DNA of 47,137 bases, taken from positions 1 through 47,137 of the forward strand of contig DATHCF010000409.1 of assembly GCA_035319705.1 (NCBI GenBank), in the 5' to 3' direction. Of this stretch, positions 8,130-17,162 are shown piece after piece. This DNA comes from Acidimicrobiales bacterium. Its GTDB lineage: Bacteria > Actinomycetota > Acidimicrobiia > Acidimicrobiales > UBA8190. Under the pieces are notes generated by a model. That model ran no database searches and was not told the DNA's origin. It worked only from the letters and a program-made list of their open reading frames with translations. Every line of letters begins with the position of its first letter. Positions within the stretch are counted from its first letter, which is position 1. The position numbers were made by a program, and so were the translations under genes.

Positions 8130-8224
8130 CGCAGGAGTTCCCAGCGGCTGACCCGAGGCCTGTCTCTGCCTCAGTTACTCGAGAAGCTGAGTCTCTAGTG
8201 AATGGAGGCGAAGCCGCCGAGACC

Positions 8225-9076
8225 TCAGCCGACTAGCACCCTGGCCAGCTCTCGGTACTCGCTCATCGGGAACCCCTCCTTGCCGGTCACCACCTGCACG
8301 CATACGTGGTCAGCCCCGGCCTCGAGGTGCTCCCAGATCCGCCCGGCAATGGCATCGAGGTCACCCCACGCGACGACGGCGTCCACCAAGCGGTCGCTCC
8401 CACCCCCGACGAGGTCCTCCTCGCCGTACCCGAGCCGCCGGAGGTTGTTAGCGTAGTTGGGCAGCCCAAGGTACCCGGCAGTGAAGCTCCTGGCCAGCTC
8501 GTGCGCCTTGGTCGGGTCGGGCTCAAGAACGACGGTCACCTCGGGAGCGAGGAGTGGACCGGAACCCATCACCTCCCGAGCGCGGGCCGTAAATTCTGCC
8601 GGAACGAAATACGGGTGTGCTCCGGCCGCTCGCTCCGCCGCAAGCTCCAGCATGCGCGGTCCGAGGGCGGCGAGTACCCGGCGGTCCTTGGCCACCGCAG
8701 GTCCAGCCGAGTCAAGGGCATCGAGGTAGCTCACCATGCGCGAGTACGGCCTGGTGTAGTTCTCGACTATCGCTGAATGGCTGGCTCCGAGGCCCAGGAC
8801 GAAGCGCCCGGGGTACTTGGCATCGAGGTCTGCGACCGCCCCTGCGACGTCTTCGTGGGAGGATGCCCAAATGCTCACGATGCCGCTGGCGACAGTCAGC
8901 TTGGTGGTAGCGCTCAGGAGCCGACCGAAGCGAGACGACAGGCCGGGGTTGAAGCCGCCGCTCGACCAGATCGCCCCATAGCCGAGAGCTTCCAACTCTG
9001 CGGCCACGTCGAGGTGAGGCTGGCCGGGGGCCTCCCAGGAACCGCTCCACCACACACCAACCGAGCCCGCGTCCAC
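8225..9076 (-). CDS. LLM-class F420-dependent oxidoreductase (luciferase-like)
   Basis: GVWWS...ELEALGYGAIWSSGG...FVLGLGASH...LGLPNYANNLRRLGY...AWGDLDAIAGRIWEHLEAGADHVCVQ is typical of the TIGR03620-type family. Confidence 0.85.
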   Translation of the reverse strand: MDAGSVGVWWSGSWEAPGQPHLDVAAELEALGYGAIWSSGGFNPGLSSRFGRLLSATTKLTVASGIVSIWASSHEDVAGAVADLDAKYPGRFVLGLGASHSAIVENYTRPYSRMVSYLDALDSAGPAVAKDRRVLAALGPRMLELAAERAAGAHPYFVPAEFTARAREVMGSGPLLAPEVTVVLEPDPTKAHELARSFTAGYLGLPNYANNLRRLGYGEEDLVGGGSDRLVDAVVAWGDLDAIAGRIWEHLEAGADHVCVQVVTGKEGFPMSEYRELARVLVG

Positions 9077-9198
9077 TAGGGAAACGCTAGTGCGTGCTCA
9101 GACCCGTAGCCCGGGCCGTCGTTACCGAGCGGATCGCTCCCTGGCCCCAGTGGCGAGGTATCGGCACAGTGACTTGAGATCGGAGGTGGCTTTCGTTC

Positions 9199-10272
9199 CT
9201 AGCCTTGACCGACAAGCCGTGCCCCCTGTGGAGCGGGACCGACCGGTAATAGTGTCAGTCTGTCAAGGGTTCTGACGGCGTCGATAACTTGAGCCGCATC
9301 CTCGGGGCCGATGATAGTGACCGTCCCACCCTCACCGCCTGCTCCATTCACCTTCCATCCAACGGCTCCGCACCTTTGCGCCACCTCGATCACCTGTAGT
9401 GCCCGGTTGCTGACCAGTCCCAGCTGCAAAGCGGCTTGCGCCTCGGTATTGGAGATCATCGCCGCGCCATAGTCTTCGATGTTTCCTGCTTCAAGGGCAC
9501 TGGCGGCACGAACGGCGGCAGAACGCAGAGGTTCCAGGAGCATCTCAACATCGCTGCCGGCGAGCCGTGAGATGACGGCCTCATGCACGGCGCTCGAATG
9601 GTGCGAAGTACCGAGGTACACGGTCACCATTCGCCGGGACAGTGCCTCCCAGGTGGATGGGGCGATCTCCAGCGAGCGCACCTCGGTCTGGGGATACGGG
9701 TCGATCTTAATTAGATTGGCCCCGCCATTGGCGGCGGCGATCTGATCCTGTACTCCGCTTTGCCCGCCGAGGTCAATCGTCTCGATGTCGTGGGCAGCGG
9801 AGGCAAGGGTCGTTGGGTTTGGCTTCTCGCCGAAGAGGCTCTGGAGGGCAAGGACCAGGGCCACCACGACAGATGCCGACGTCCCCATCCCTGAGCCTGA
9901 TGGGACTGACGACGTGACGGTGATCTCAAGCGCGCAGTTGAGGGGGGTCCACCTGCGAAGAGTCGATTCCAAGAGCCGATGACGCCCAGGAAGAGCTTCG
10001 TCGAGCCCAAAGCGGTACCGATCCCCGTAAGACGGCAGGTGGAGCTCAATGGTCCTTTCGTCGAAAGAACCGGCTTTTCCACGCTTTTGAACAAGGACAT
10101 CGATACCGGGTTCCACAGCAAGGTTGCAAACGGTTCCATGGCCCGCGAACCATGTGTCGGTCCACCCGCCAGCATCGAGTACACGTACCGGAGCCCCAGC
10201 TCGGACCCAGTTCGTCACACCGGTTACGTTAGGTCCTGCCAGGGACCGACCGGGTGACGCGGCCCGGAACAT
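9199..10272 (-). CDS. GHMP-family sugar/small-molecule kinase
   Basis: N-terminal APVRVLDAGGWTDTWF and GHMP motif II VPSGSGMGTSASVVVALVLAL. Confidence 0.8.
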   Translation of the reverse strand: MFRAASPGRSLAGPNVTGVTNWVRAGAPVRVLDAGGWTDTWFAGHGTVCNLAVEPGIDVLVQKRGKAGSFDERTIELHLPSYGDRYRFGLDEALPGRHRLLESTLRRWTPLNCALEITVTSSVPSGSGMGTSASVVVALVLALQSLFGEKPNPTTLASAAHDIETIDLGGQSGVQDQIAAANGGANLIKIDPYPQTEVRSLEIAPSTWEALSRRMVTVYLGTSHHSSAVHEAVISRLAGSDVEMLLEPLRSAAVRAASALEAGNIEDYGAAMISNTEAQAALQLGLVSNRALQVIEVAQRCGAVGWKVNGAGGEGGTVTIIGPEDAAQVIDAVRTLDRLTLLPVGPAPQGARLVGQG

Positions 10273-10591
10273 TGCCGCCTGGGCTGGGCTCCCGGACAGG
10301 GCCTAACTGCCCTGCCCGATCACACAGCCGCCCCCGCGAGCCATCGGTAACAACACCTCGCCCGAGGTCCATTCGTGGCCCTGACCGCTCGGCTCGAGCG
10401 GCGCTTGCGTCCTCGGGTCTCCATCTGACCCTCCAGGTCCGGAGATGTCGCGGTCACCCCTTGAGCCCAAGTGGGGAGCGATCCCGGTCAGGTCTCCTCG
10501 GGAGCGGGGTAGCCGCACACCGCTGCACAGCACAGTGCGATCCGTCGAGGGAGGACGCTGCTGCAGGCGGGCGAGCCTACGATCGGACGCC

Positions 10592-11752
10592 GTGGGTCAA
10601 GACTTGCCGGTCTCGGGCACATGCGCGAGCGAGTTCAAGGCGGTGAGAGAGGCGTTTGTCGCCAACTTCACTGAACGAGGCGAGGTGGGCGCAGCGGTGT
10701 GCGTGATGATCAACGGCGAGGTCGTCATCGACTTGGTAGGCGGCTGGATAGACGACGCACATACCCGGCCGTGGCGGGACCGCACCTTGGTCAACATCTA
10801 CTCAGCCGGCAAGGGCCTGCTGGCCACTCTCGCCCTTCAGCTGATCGATAAGGGCCGGCTCGCCCTCGACGGCCTGGTCGGAGGCATCTGGGAGGACTAC
10901 GCCTGCCGGGGCAAGGAAGATACCCTGGTGCGCCACGCAATGGCTCACCTGGCCGGCGTCCCGGCGATCCGAGAGCCGCTCACTAACGACGACCTATGGG
11001 ATTGGGACCGGATGACCGCAGCCCTTGCGGCAACCCAGGCCTGGTTCGAGCCAGGAACCCGGGTCGTGTACCACACGAACACCTATGGCCATCTGGTCGG
11101 CGAGATCATCCGGCGGGCGGGCGGGCGAAGTGTGTCCGAAGCGCTGCGAGAACTGACCTTGGGTCTCGGTGCAGACGTATGGTGTTCAGTGCCACCAGAG
11201 GAACAACCTCGCTGCGCCGATGTGATCTTCGATCCTCCACCGGCGCTGCGAACCTCCATGGCGCGAGCCACCAGCTCTCGGGACGAACTGCAACGAATGA
11301 CCTTCTTGGCCTACCTGAACCCGCCCGGCTACGGGTCGGCCGGCGTGGTCAACACTCCTGAGTGGCGAGGTGCCCAGATTCCTGCCGCCAACGCCCACGC
11401 CACCGCCAAGGGTTTGGCGCAGGTCTACGCCGCTCTGCTTGTTCCGAACCGTCTGGTCTCGTCCGATCTGCTTGTCGAAGCCACAACGATCCAGGCCGCG
11501 GGGGACTGCCCCATCCTGGGCGAGCATGTGGAATACGGGCTTGGCTTTGTGCCAACCTCGGCCAGGCGGCCCATGGGCACGAATAAGCGAGCCTTCGGAC
11601 ACTTCGGCACAGGAGGGGCGGTTGGTTTCGGAGATCCGGACGCAGGCCTTGCCTTCGGGTACGTCATGAACCATGTCGTGCCGCGTTGGCAGAGCACCCG
11701 GAACCGAGCGCTCATCGACTCGCTCTACCGCTGTCTTCATCGGTTTGGTTGA
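10592..11752 (+). CDS. serine hydrolase, beta-lactamase/EstB-like family
   Basis: SxxK motif IYSAGKGL, and N-terminal FKAVREAFVANFTERGEVGAAVCVMINGEVVIDLVGGW. The start is placed at the in-frame GTG 10592; the track ORF opens at 10445. Confidence 0.85.
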   Translation: MGQDLPVSGTCASEFKAVREAFVANFTERGEVGAAVCVMINGEVVIDLVGGWIDDAHTRPWRDRTLVNIYSAGKGLLATLALQLIDKGRLALDGLVGGIWEDYACRGKEDTLVRHAMAHLAGVPAIREPLTNDDLWDWDRMTAALAATQAWFEPGTRVVYHTNTYGHLVGEIIRRAGGRSVSEALRELTLGLGADVWCSVPPEEQPRCADVIFDPPPALRTSMARATSSRDELQRMTFLAYLNPPGYGSAGVVNTPEWRGAQIPAANAHATAKGLAQVYAALLVPNRLVSSDLLVEATTIQAAGDCPILGEHVEYGLGFVPTSARRPMGTNKRAFGHFGTGGAVGFGDPDAGLAFGYVMNHVVPRWQSTRNRALIDSLYRCLHRFG

Positions 11753-11931
11753 ACGCAGCGAGGCCGGAATCAGTGCCGCTGAGCCTGAGAGCGCTCTGGT
11801 AACGCGCCGTGGAGCGATCGCGGTCAGGTGCCCTCCTGAGTTGGGTAGATGGCATGTAGCGGGGACCCCCTCCGCTCAAGTGCGTGACGCTGGACGCACT
11901 GATTATTCACATGAGCTGGAAGAGGTCCCCA

Positions 11932-12003
11932 ATGCCGATCGTAGGAGGGCTGGACATTCACCGGGCACAGATCACCTTCGACTATCTGGATGAAGATATC
12001 TAA
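11932..12003 (+). mobile_element. IS110-family transposase, N-terminal stub (23 codons then TAA)
   Basis: MPIVGGLDIHRAQITFDYLDEDI-stop matches the characteristic IS110 (DEDD) N-terminus (..GLD.H...ITFDYLD). The rest of the gene is missing. Confidence 0.45.
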
Positions 12004-12470
12004 GTTTCCCGGGGCCACCTGAGAAGAATCCAAGGAGACTGGTTACCCCGCCAATCAATGGTGAGCTCTGGTCACAGCCGTCGCTGAGATAAGCCTGCTC
12101 TGTTAACTGCGCAGAGCTTCCGACATAATCGGCGTCACCCGAGTAAGTAGCGACGATAGTGTTGTTGCCCAAAGACAACGATGAGGTCGTGCAGGGCGCC
12201 GCGAAAGCATCAAATCCGGCGACATAGAAGTAAAGCGGTTGGTTCCCACACCCAGAGATGATGTTTCAATGGTCGGTGAATGCCGAGCGCACTAAAAGTG
12301 ACTGGTTGGCCCAGACGCGAGATCGAACGGACAGAGTAAAGGATTGCATTAGGTGGCGAGACTCGTGATGGCGTCTGACGATTGTGAGACCGTGGTTGTG
12401 GTGGACGATTGGGAAACCGTCGTTGAAGCCTGATTTACAGAGTGTCTGATTCCAGATCCCCGGCTGTGCT
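11972..12470 (-). pseudogene. shattered Ig-like (Big-type) surface/adhesin protein fragment
   Basis: Minus-strand pieces lie in different frames: ASTTVSQSSTTTTVSQSSDAITSLAT-stop, GQPVTFSALG, and CTTSSLSLGNNTIVATYSGDADYVGSSAQLTEQ. Confidence 0.35.
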
Positions 12471-12579
12471 CCCTGGGGCCTCTGATCACCGGTCAGGAGC
12501 TATTTTTCAGAATCCCCATTCGTCTTGCTCTTCGACTTGGCCGAGAACCTCCAGCCACCACCTAACATCTGAGCGACCT

Positions 12580-12924
12580 TCAGCTGCCTGGTCGACTTAA
12601 ACCGTTGCCCTCGTGGTCGTAGACCACGGCTCGGCGTTCGTGTGCGTCGTTGTATGGCCCCTTCACGATGCCACCGCTGTTGGCCTCAACAGACTGGGCT
12701 GCCGCATCGACGTCGGCGGTCTTGATGCGAACGACGACCTTCCTGGGCATGGGGTGATCTGCAGAGGTCGCCAAAGCGACGGTAATCGACCCTCCGTCAA
12801 GGGCTGCCAAGTGGGCTCCATCGCGGAACTTCAGCGACATCCCGAGGGTCTCGGTGTAGAAGTGGATTGATTCATCCAGGTTGTCGGTTGACAAGAGAAC
12901 CTTTCGTACGTCATGTTCACTCAA
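12580..12924 (-). CDS. VOC (glyoxalase/bleomycin-resistance) family protein
   Basis: LSTDNLDESIHFYTETLGMSLKF ... AVVYDHEGNGL, single-domain size (114 aa). Confidence 0.8.
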   Translation of the reverse strand: MSEHDVRKVLLSTDNLDESIHFYTETLGMSLKFRDGAHLAALDGGSITVALATSADHPMPRKVVVRIKTADVDAAAQSVEANSGGIVKGPYNDAHERRAVVYDHEGNGLSRPGS

Positions 12925-13037
12925 CGGGTCCTCCTCGGACGGGACTAAGCAAAATTAGGTGAACCGCAAGTTCTCATGACCGAGCCCACACCTTCGGATC
13001 CCCTCCGTAATCCGGTGGCTCGCGCTCCGAGCGATGG

Positions 13038-14228
13038 TCAGTTGCCCGCCGGAAGCACCTTGTCCGGCAAGGGATGTCGGTAGAGTTCGGCAGCGTTCTC
13101 GCAGCACATTCGGCGCAGCTCCATCGGCGGGATGTGGCCCCAAGACCTCGCGATCGTCTCCTGGGTGTCGGGCCACGTGCCGTCGCCATGGGGGTAATCG
13201 ACCTCGAGCATGATGCGGTCGACACCGATTGAGTCTCGGGTGTCGATGGTCGATGGGTCGTCCAGAGTGCAGAACCAGAAGTTGCGGCGAAGGACCTCGG
13301 CCGGCCTCAGATCCCAGCCAAGGCCGTACCCCGACCGGTCGACAAGGTTCTCGAGGCGGTCCATGAGCATGGCGACCCACCCGATGCCGCCTTCTGACAT
13401 GGCTACCTTGAGATCGGGGAATCGCAGCGCCCATCCGGACCAGAGCCACTCCGCACAGGCGGTCATGGACATCTGGCCGAACAGTGTCGCCGCGAGCTGT
13501 ACGGCTGGGCACCCCTCAGGCATGTCGGCCATACCCGACGAGCCGACGTGGAGGCTCACTACCGTGTTCGTCTCGGCGCAGGCTCTGATAATCGGCTCCC
13601 AATAGTCCAGGAATATCGACGGCAGTCCCAGGCGGTGGGGGCGTTCGGGGAGGGTGACCGAGCGGAATCCGCGCTCGGCGTTGCGGCGGATCTCTGTGGC
13701 TCCGAGAAACGGATCGGTGAGAAAGGTGATGCCGAGCGGAATAATCCGATCCGGGTACGGCGAATACCACTCCTCAAAGACCCAGTCGTTCCAGGCGCGG
13801 ATGACGGCGAACCCGAGCTCGGGATCCGAGCACTGTGAGAAGACGCGGCCGCAGAAGCCGGTGATCATGGAAGGGAAGTTGAGCGAGGCCCACACGCCGT
13901 TCAGATCCATGTCGTGGATGCGGGCATGGACGTCCCAGCATCCTCGGCGCATCTGGTCGAAACGGAACGGCTCCATCTTCACCGTCTCCGGCCGTCGACC
14001 GGCCACTGCGTTCATACCGACCTGCGAGTAGGTGTTCCCGTCGAACCGCCAGATCTCGTGGCCGGCCTTGGTCTCGAAAATCTTCGGCGCTCGGTCGGCC
14101 AGGTGCGCCGGCACACGACCCTTGAACATGTCGCCAGGCTCGACCACGTGGTCGTCCACCGATATGACGGTGTAGCGGACCTCACGCGGCTCCGGTTCCG
14201 GGAGAAATAGGTCCTCGGCAAGGCTCAT
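13038..14228 (-). CDS. amidohydrolase (Amidohydro_2 / ACMSD-LigI-like TIM-barrel metal hydrolase)
   Basis: N-terminal metal motif VISVDDHVVEP, LHVGSS, and C-terminal MLEVDYPHGDGTWP. Confidence 0.9.
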   Translation of the reverse strand: MSLAEDLFLPEPEPREVRYTVISVDDHVVEPGDMFKGRVPAHLADRAPKIFETKAGHEIWRFDGNTYSQVGMNAVAGRRPETVKMEPFRFDQMRRGCWDVHARIHDMDLNGVWASLNFPSMITGFCGRVFSQCSDPELGFAVIRAWNDWVFEEWYSPYPDRIIPLGITFLTDPFLGATEIRRNAERGFRSVTLPERPHRLGLPSIFLDYWEPIIRACAETNTVVSLHVGSSGMADMPEGCPAVQLAATLFGQMSMTACAEWLWSGWALRFPDLKVAMSEGGIGWVAMLMDRLENLVDRSGYGLGWDLRPAEVLRRNFWFCTLDDPSTIDTRDSIGVDRIMLEVDYPHGDGTWPDTQETIARSWGHIPPMELRRMCCENAAELYRHPLPDKVLPAGN

Positions 14229-14394
14229 CTTCGTACTCCTCTGTCCTCAACCTTATCCGCTGGCCTCGAGAGCCAAGACTTGGCCCACAGTTTCTGCCGG
14301 CTAGAGGACCTGCGGCAACGGCGCAGCAGCTGGGGGAATTTCGCGGTCCGGATGCCGTCGATTGGCCTCGGTGTGGGACTTAGAGACTGCCATC

Positions 14395-15639
14395 CTAATT
14401 GATGAAAACGAGAGGCAACGGTTCGATCTGACGAATCCCTGGGCTGTAGCGGAGGTTCACTTCGGGCGCGATCTCATAATTGGGGATCAGCTTGTGCCAC
14501 TCCTCCAACGCCACACTCAGCTCCCGTCGCGCGAGATGCGAACCGAGGCAACGATGAGGGCCTCCACTAAAAGCGAAGTGCCGGTTTCCAGAGCGTCCGA
14601 AGTTCACCTCGTCGGGGTGGTCGAAAATCCGCTCGTCAGTATCGGCAGCTCCGAGCAGGAGCATGACCCGTGTGCCAGGCACCAGACAGCGGTTGCCGAT
14701 GTCAATCGGTTCTGTAACCACGCGTGGAACCATGGTGACGGGAGTCTCGAATCGAAGGAGCTCTTCTACCGCCGACGAATTCATCAAGGGTGTATCGACA
14801 AAGCACTTGCGTTCCTCAGGATGTGCCGCAAGCCGAGCGAGCATGCAGTCGAGAGATGCTGTCACCGTGTCAAGACCACCGAGCAGAAACAGATAACACA
14901 TCCCCAGGACCTCGTCCTGATCGAGGCGATCTCCTTCGATTTCGGCGGTTACAAAGAAGGTGAGCAAATCGTTACTAGGGTTCAACAGCCGTTGGGCAAT
15001 GGCAGACTGGAAATACTCATCAATGGCCGCACCGGCCTGCTTCCGGATCGCGTTCATCGCCTCGAGGTCGTATGGGTCATCGACGACGGGCCGAATGATG
15101 GCGTCCTTCCAGGCGAGGAAGCGATCCAGATCCTCAAGTGGCAGCCCCATGAGCCGCAGGAAGATCGTGCAAGGGAACGGCACCGCGAACTCGGCGTGGA
15201 AGTCACATGATCCTCGATCGACGAAATTCGCCAGAAGGTTGCGGGCAAGCTTCCTGATCTCAGGTTCCATACCGTCGATGACCTTGGGACCGAACAGGGG
15301 ATCGAGCACTCTCCGGTAGCGGGCATGGTTGGGCGGGTCGACCTGGAGCGGGATCAGCGATCTCGGCGTGCCGAGGTCGATCGGGTCTTGGGCAGATGAG
15401 AAAAGGTGGGGATGGCGAAGGGCATAGTGAACGTCCTCGTAGCGAGAGATGAGCACCGTGGGCTCGCTGTCCGTGCCGAAATAGGCAATGCCCAGGTCTC
15501 GCAGTTGTCGGTACACGCAATGGGGACTGGCAGCTGCCTCTGGCGTGAAGAGTTCAGGAGTCAAGAGTTCTCTCGGGGGCCCCTCGTGCCCAGCTCCGTT
15601 CCTGCCAGAGGTGATCTCGAGTTCGTCAGAGTCTGTCAT
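14395..15639 (-). CDS. cytochrome P450
   Basis: Heme loop FSGGPHRCLGSHLARRE, EELLRFETP (ExxR), and I-helix LLGGLDTV. The start is taken at MTDSDE (15639), which avoids overlapping the upstream gene. Confidence 0.9.
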   Translation of the reverse strand: MTDSDELEITSGRNGAGHEGPPRELLTPELFTPEAAASPHCVYRQLRDLGIAYFGTDSEPTVLISRYEDVHYALRHPHLFSSAQDPIDLGTPRSLIPLQVDPPNHARYRRVLDPLFGPKVIDGMEPEIRKLARNLLANFVDRGSCDFHAEFAVPFPCTIFLRLMGLPLEDLDRFLAWKDAIIRPVVDDPYDLEAMNAIRKQAGAAIDEYFQSAIAQRLLNPSNDLLTFFVTAEIEGDRLDQDEVLGMCYLFLLGGLDTVTASLDCMLARLAAHPEERKCFVDTPLMNSSAVEELLRFETPVTMVPRVVTEPIDIGNRCLVPGTRVMLLLGAADTDERIFDHPDEVNFGRSGNRHFAFSGGPHRCLGSHLARRELSVALEEWHKLIPNYEIAPEVNLRYSPGIRQIEPLPLVFIN

Positions 15640-15652
15640 GGTGCTGTCAGCC

Positions 15653-16936
15653 TCACGACCGGCGAGGGCCTCGGGCCAGATCGGTCCCGGTGGTGCCACG
15701 CTGGTCGCTTCTCTTGCCCCTGGCTCGCACCGTCGTGTCGACGCCAGATGTCACGGCCTCAGCCCGTAAGGCCCCGACGGTGCAACGCTCGCGTCCCCGA
15801 ATCGAGATCGGGTCGTAGTCGAAGATGCGCATAGCATTGAGGTGGGTGATCTTGTCGATGTCGGCATCCGGCACATCGGCGAGTGACTTCATCAACAACT
15901 CCGGCGAGTCAGGCCAGGTGCAGTCCGAATGCGGATAATCACACTCCCAGGTCATGTTCTCCAGTCCGGCCTGCTCACGGAGCTGGATTCCGACGGGGTC
16001 GTCGATGAAGCAAGTTACGAAACGATCCTTGAACACCTGACTCGGTAGCTGATCTCCGAAGTCCTGACCGGTCCACAGCCGATGGTGCTCGTAGGTGTAG
16101 TCGATGCGCGAGAGGAAGTAGGGGATCCATCCGGTTCCACCCTCGACCAGGGCGAACTTCAGGGTGGGAAACTCCTTCAGTACTCGTGACCAAATGAGGT
16201 CGGCAGCAGCTTGGACGATGTTCACCGGCTGCAGGGTGATGAGGACGTCGATGGGTGCGTCGGCCGCCGTGATGGCTAGCTGTGACGACGAACCGATATG
16301 GAGGCAGACGACCGTCCCCGTGTCCTCGCAGGCCGTCCAGAACGGGTCCCAGTGCGTGCTGTGCAGGCTGGGGTACCCGAGGCGCTCGGGGTTCTCCGAG
16401 AAGCTCACGGTATGGCACCCTGACTCGGCCATCCGGCGCACTTCGCCGCCGGCAAGCTCCGGGTCCCAGAGGACGGGAATAGCACACGGAATGAACCGGT
16501 CGGGATAGGCGCCACACCAGCTCTGGACGTGCCAGTCGTTGTACCCACGGATCATGGCAAGGGCTTGGTCCTTGTCGTCACCCTTGGCAAAGAGCTGGCC
16601 GCAGAACTGCGCCACCGATGGGAAGTTGAGCGAACCGAGTACACCGTTGGCGTCCATGTCTCTCACCCGCATGTGGACGTCGTAGCAGCCAGCGCGCATG
16701 TCGGCGAAGGAAGTCGGCTCGATTCCGTACTCCTCCCGGGGCCGGCCCACCACGGCGTTGAGCCCGATGTTGGGGAGCCGCCTTCCCTCGTACACCCAGA
16801 AATCGGTGCCGTCGGAGCGGTGCTCGACCTGCGGCGCGGCGTGGCGGTACCGGGCCGGCAGGTGCGGCTCGAGGAAGCCAGGAGGCTCGACGACGTGGTC
16901 GTCGACGCTCACCAGGACCAGTTCGTCGACGTGCAT
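15653..16936 (-). CDS. amidohydrolase (Amidohydro_2 family), paralogue 2
   Basis: LVSVDDHVVEPP, LHIGSS, WECDYPHSDCTWP. The start is taken at MHVDELV (16936). Confidence 0.9.
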   Translation of the reverse strand: MHVDELVLVSVDDHVVEPPGFLEPHLPARYRHAAPQVEHRSDGTDFWVYEGRRLPNIGLNAVVGRPREEYGIEPTSFADMRAGCYDVHMRVRDMDANGVLGSLNFPSVAQFCGQLFAKGDDKDQALAMIRGYNDWHVQSWCGAYPDRFIPCAIPVLWDPELAGGEVRRMAESGCHTVSFSENPERLGYPSLHSTHWDPFWTACEDTGTVVCLHIGSSSQLAITAADAPIDVLITLQPVNIVQAAADLIWSRVLKEFPTLKFALVEGGTGWIPYFLSRIDYTYEHHRLWTGQDFGDQLPSQVFKDRFVTCFIDDPVGIQLREQAGLENMTWECDYPHSDCTWPDSPELLMKSLADVPDADIDKITHLNAMRIFDYDPISIRGRERCTVGALRAEAVTSGVDTTVRARGKRSDQRGTTGTDLARGPRRS

Positions 16937-16980
16937 CTCCCGCTCCCGTGGACGAGGCCGGGTCGCCCGGCCGGACTTGC

Positions 16981-16996
16981 CTGACGTTCCCGTCAG
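16981..16996. promoter_or_regulatory. palindrome CTGACG-TTCC-CGTCAG (operator-like), copy 1
   Basis: Perfect 6-4-6 inverted repeat in the divergent intergenic region 16937-17162. Confidence 0.4.
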
Positions 16997-17027
16997 AGTA
17001 CGTGCCTGGCCAGGCATTCTCAAGTTC

Positions 17028-17055
17028 TTGACATGAGAATCGCTACAAATAGAAT
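17028..17055 (+). promoter_or_regulatory. sigma70-type promoter TTGACA-N16-TAGAAT for the plus-strand amidohydrolase/BVMO pair
   Basis: TTGACA at 17028-17033 and TAGAAT at 17050-17055, about 108 nt upstream of the ATG at 17163. Confidence 0.4.
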
Positions 17056-17065
17056 CACGTTAGAG

Positions 17066-17083
17066 CCTGACGCTGACGTCAGG
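17066..17083. promoter_or_regulatory. palindrome CCTGACG-CTGA-CGTCAGG (operator-like), copy 2
   Basis: Same CTGACG/CGTCAG arms as copy 1, 86 bp away and just downstream of the -10 box. Confidence 0.4.
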
Positions 17084-17162
17084 GATTGCCCGCGCGGCGG
17101 GGTCGGACTGGGTCGACCCTTCGCCGGAGCCGGGAGAGACGTACGCGCAGAGAGAGCGACCC

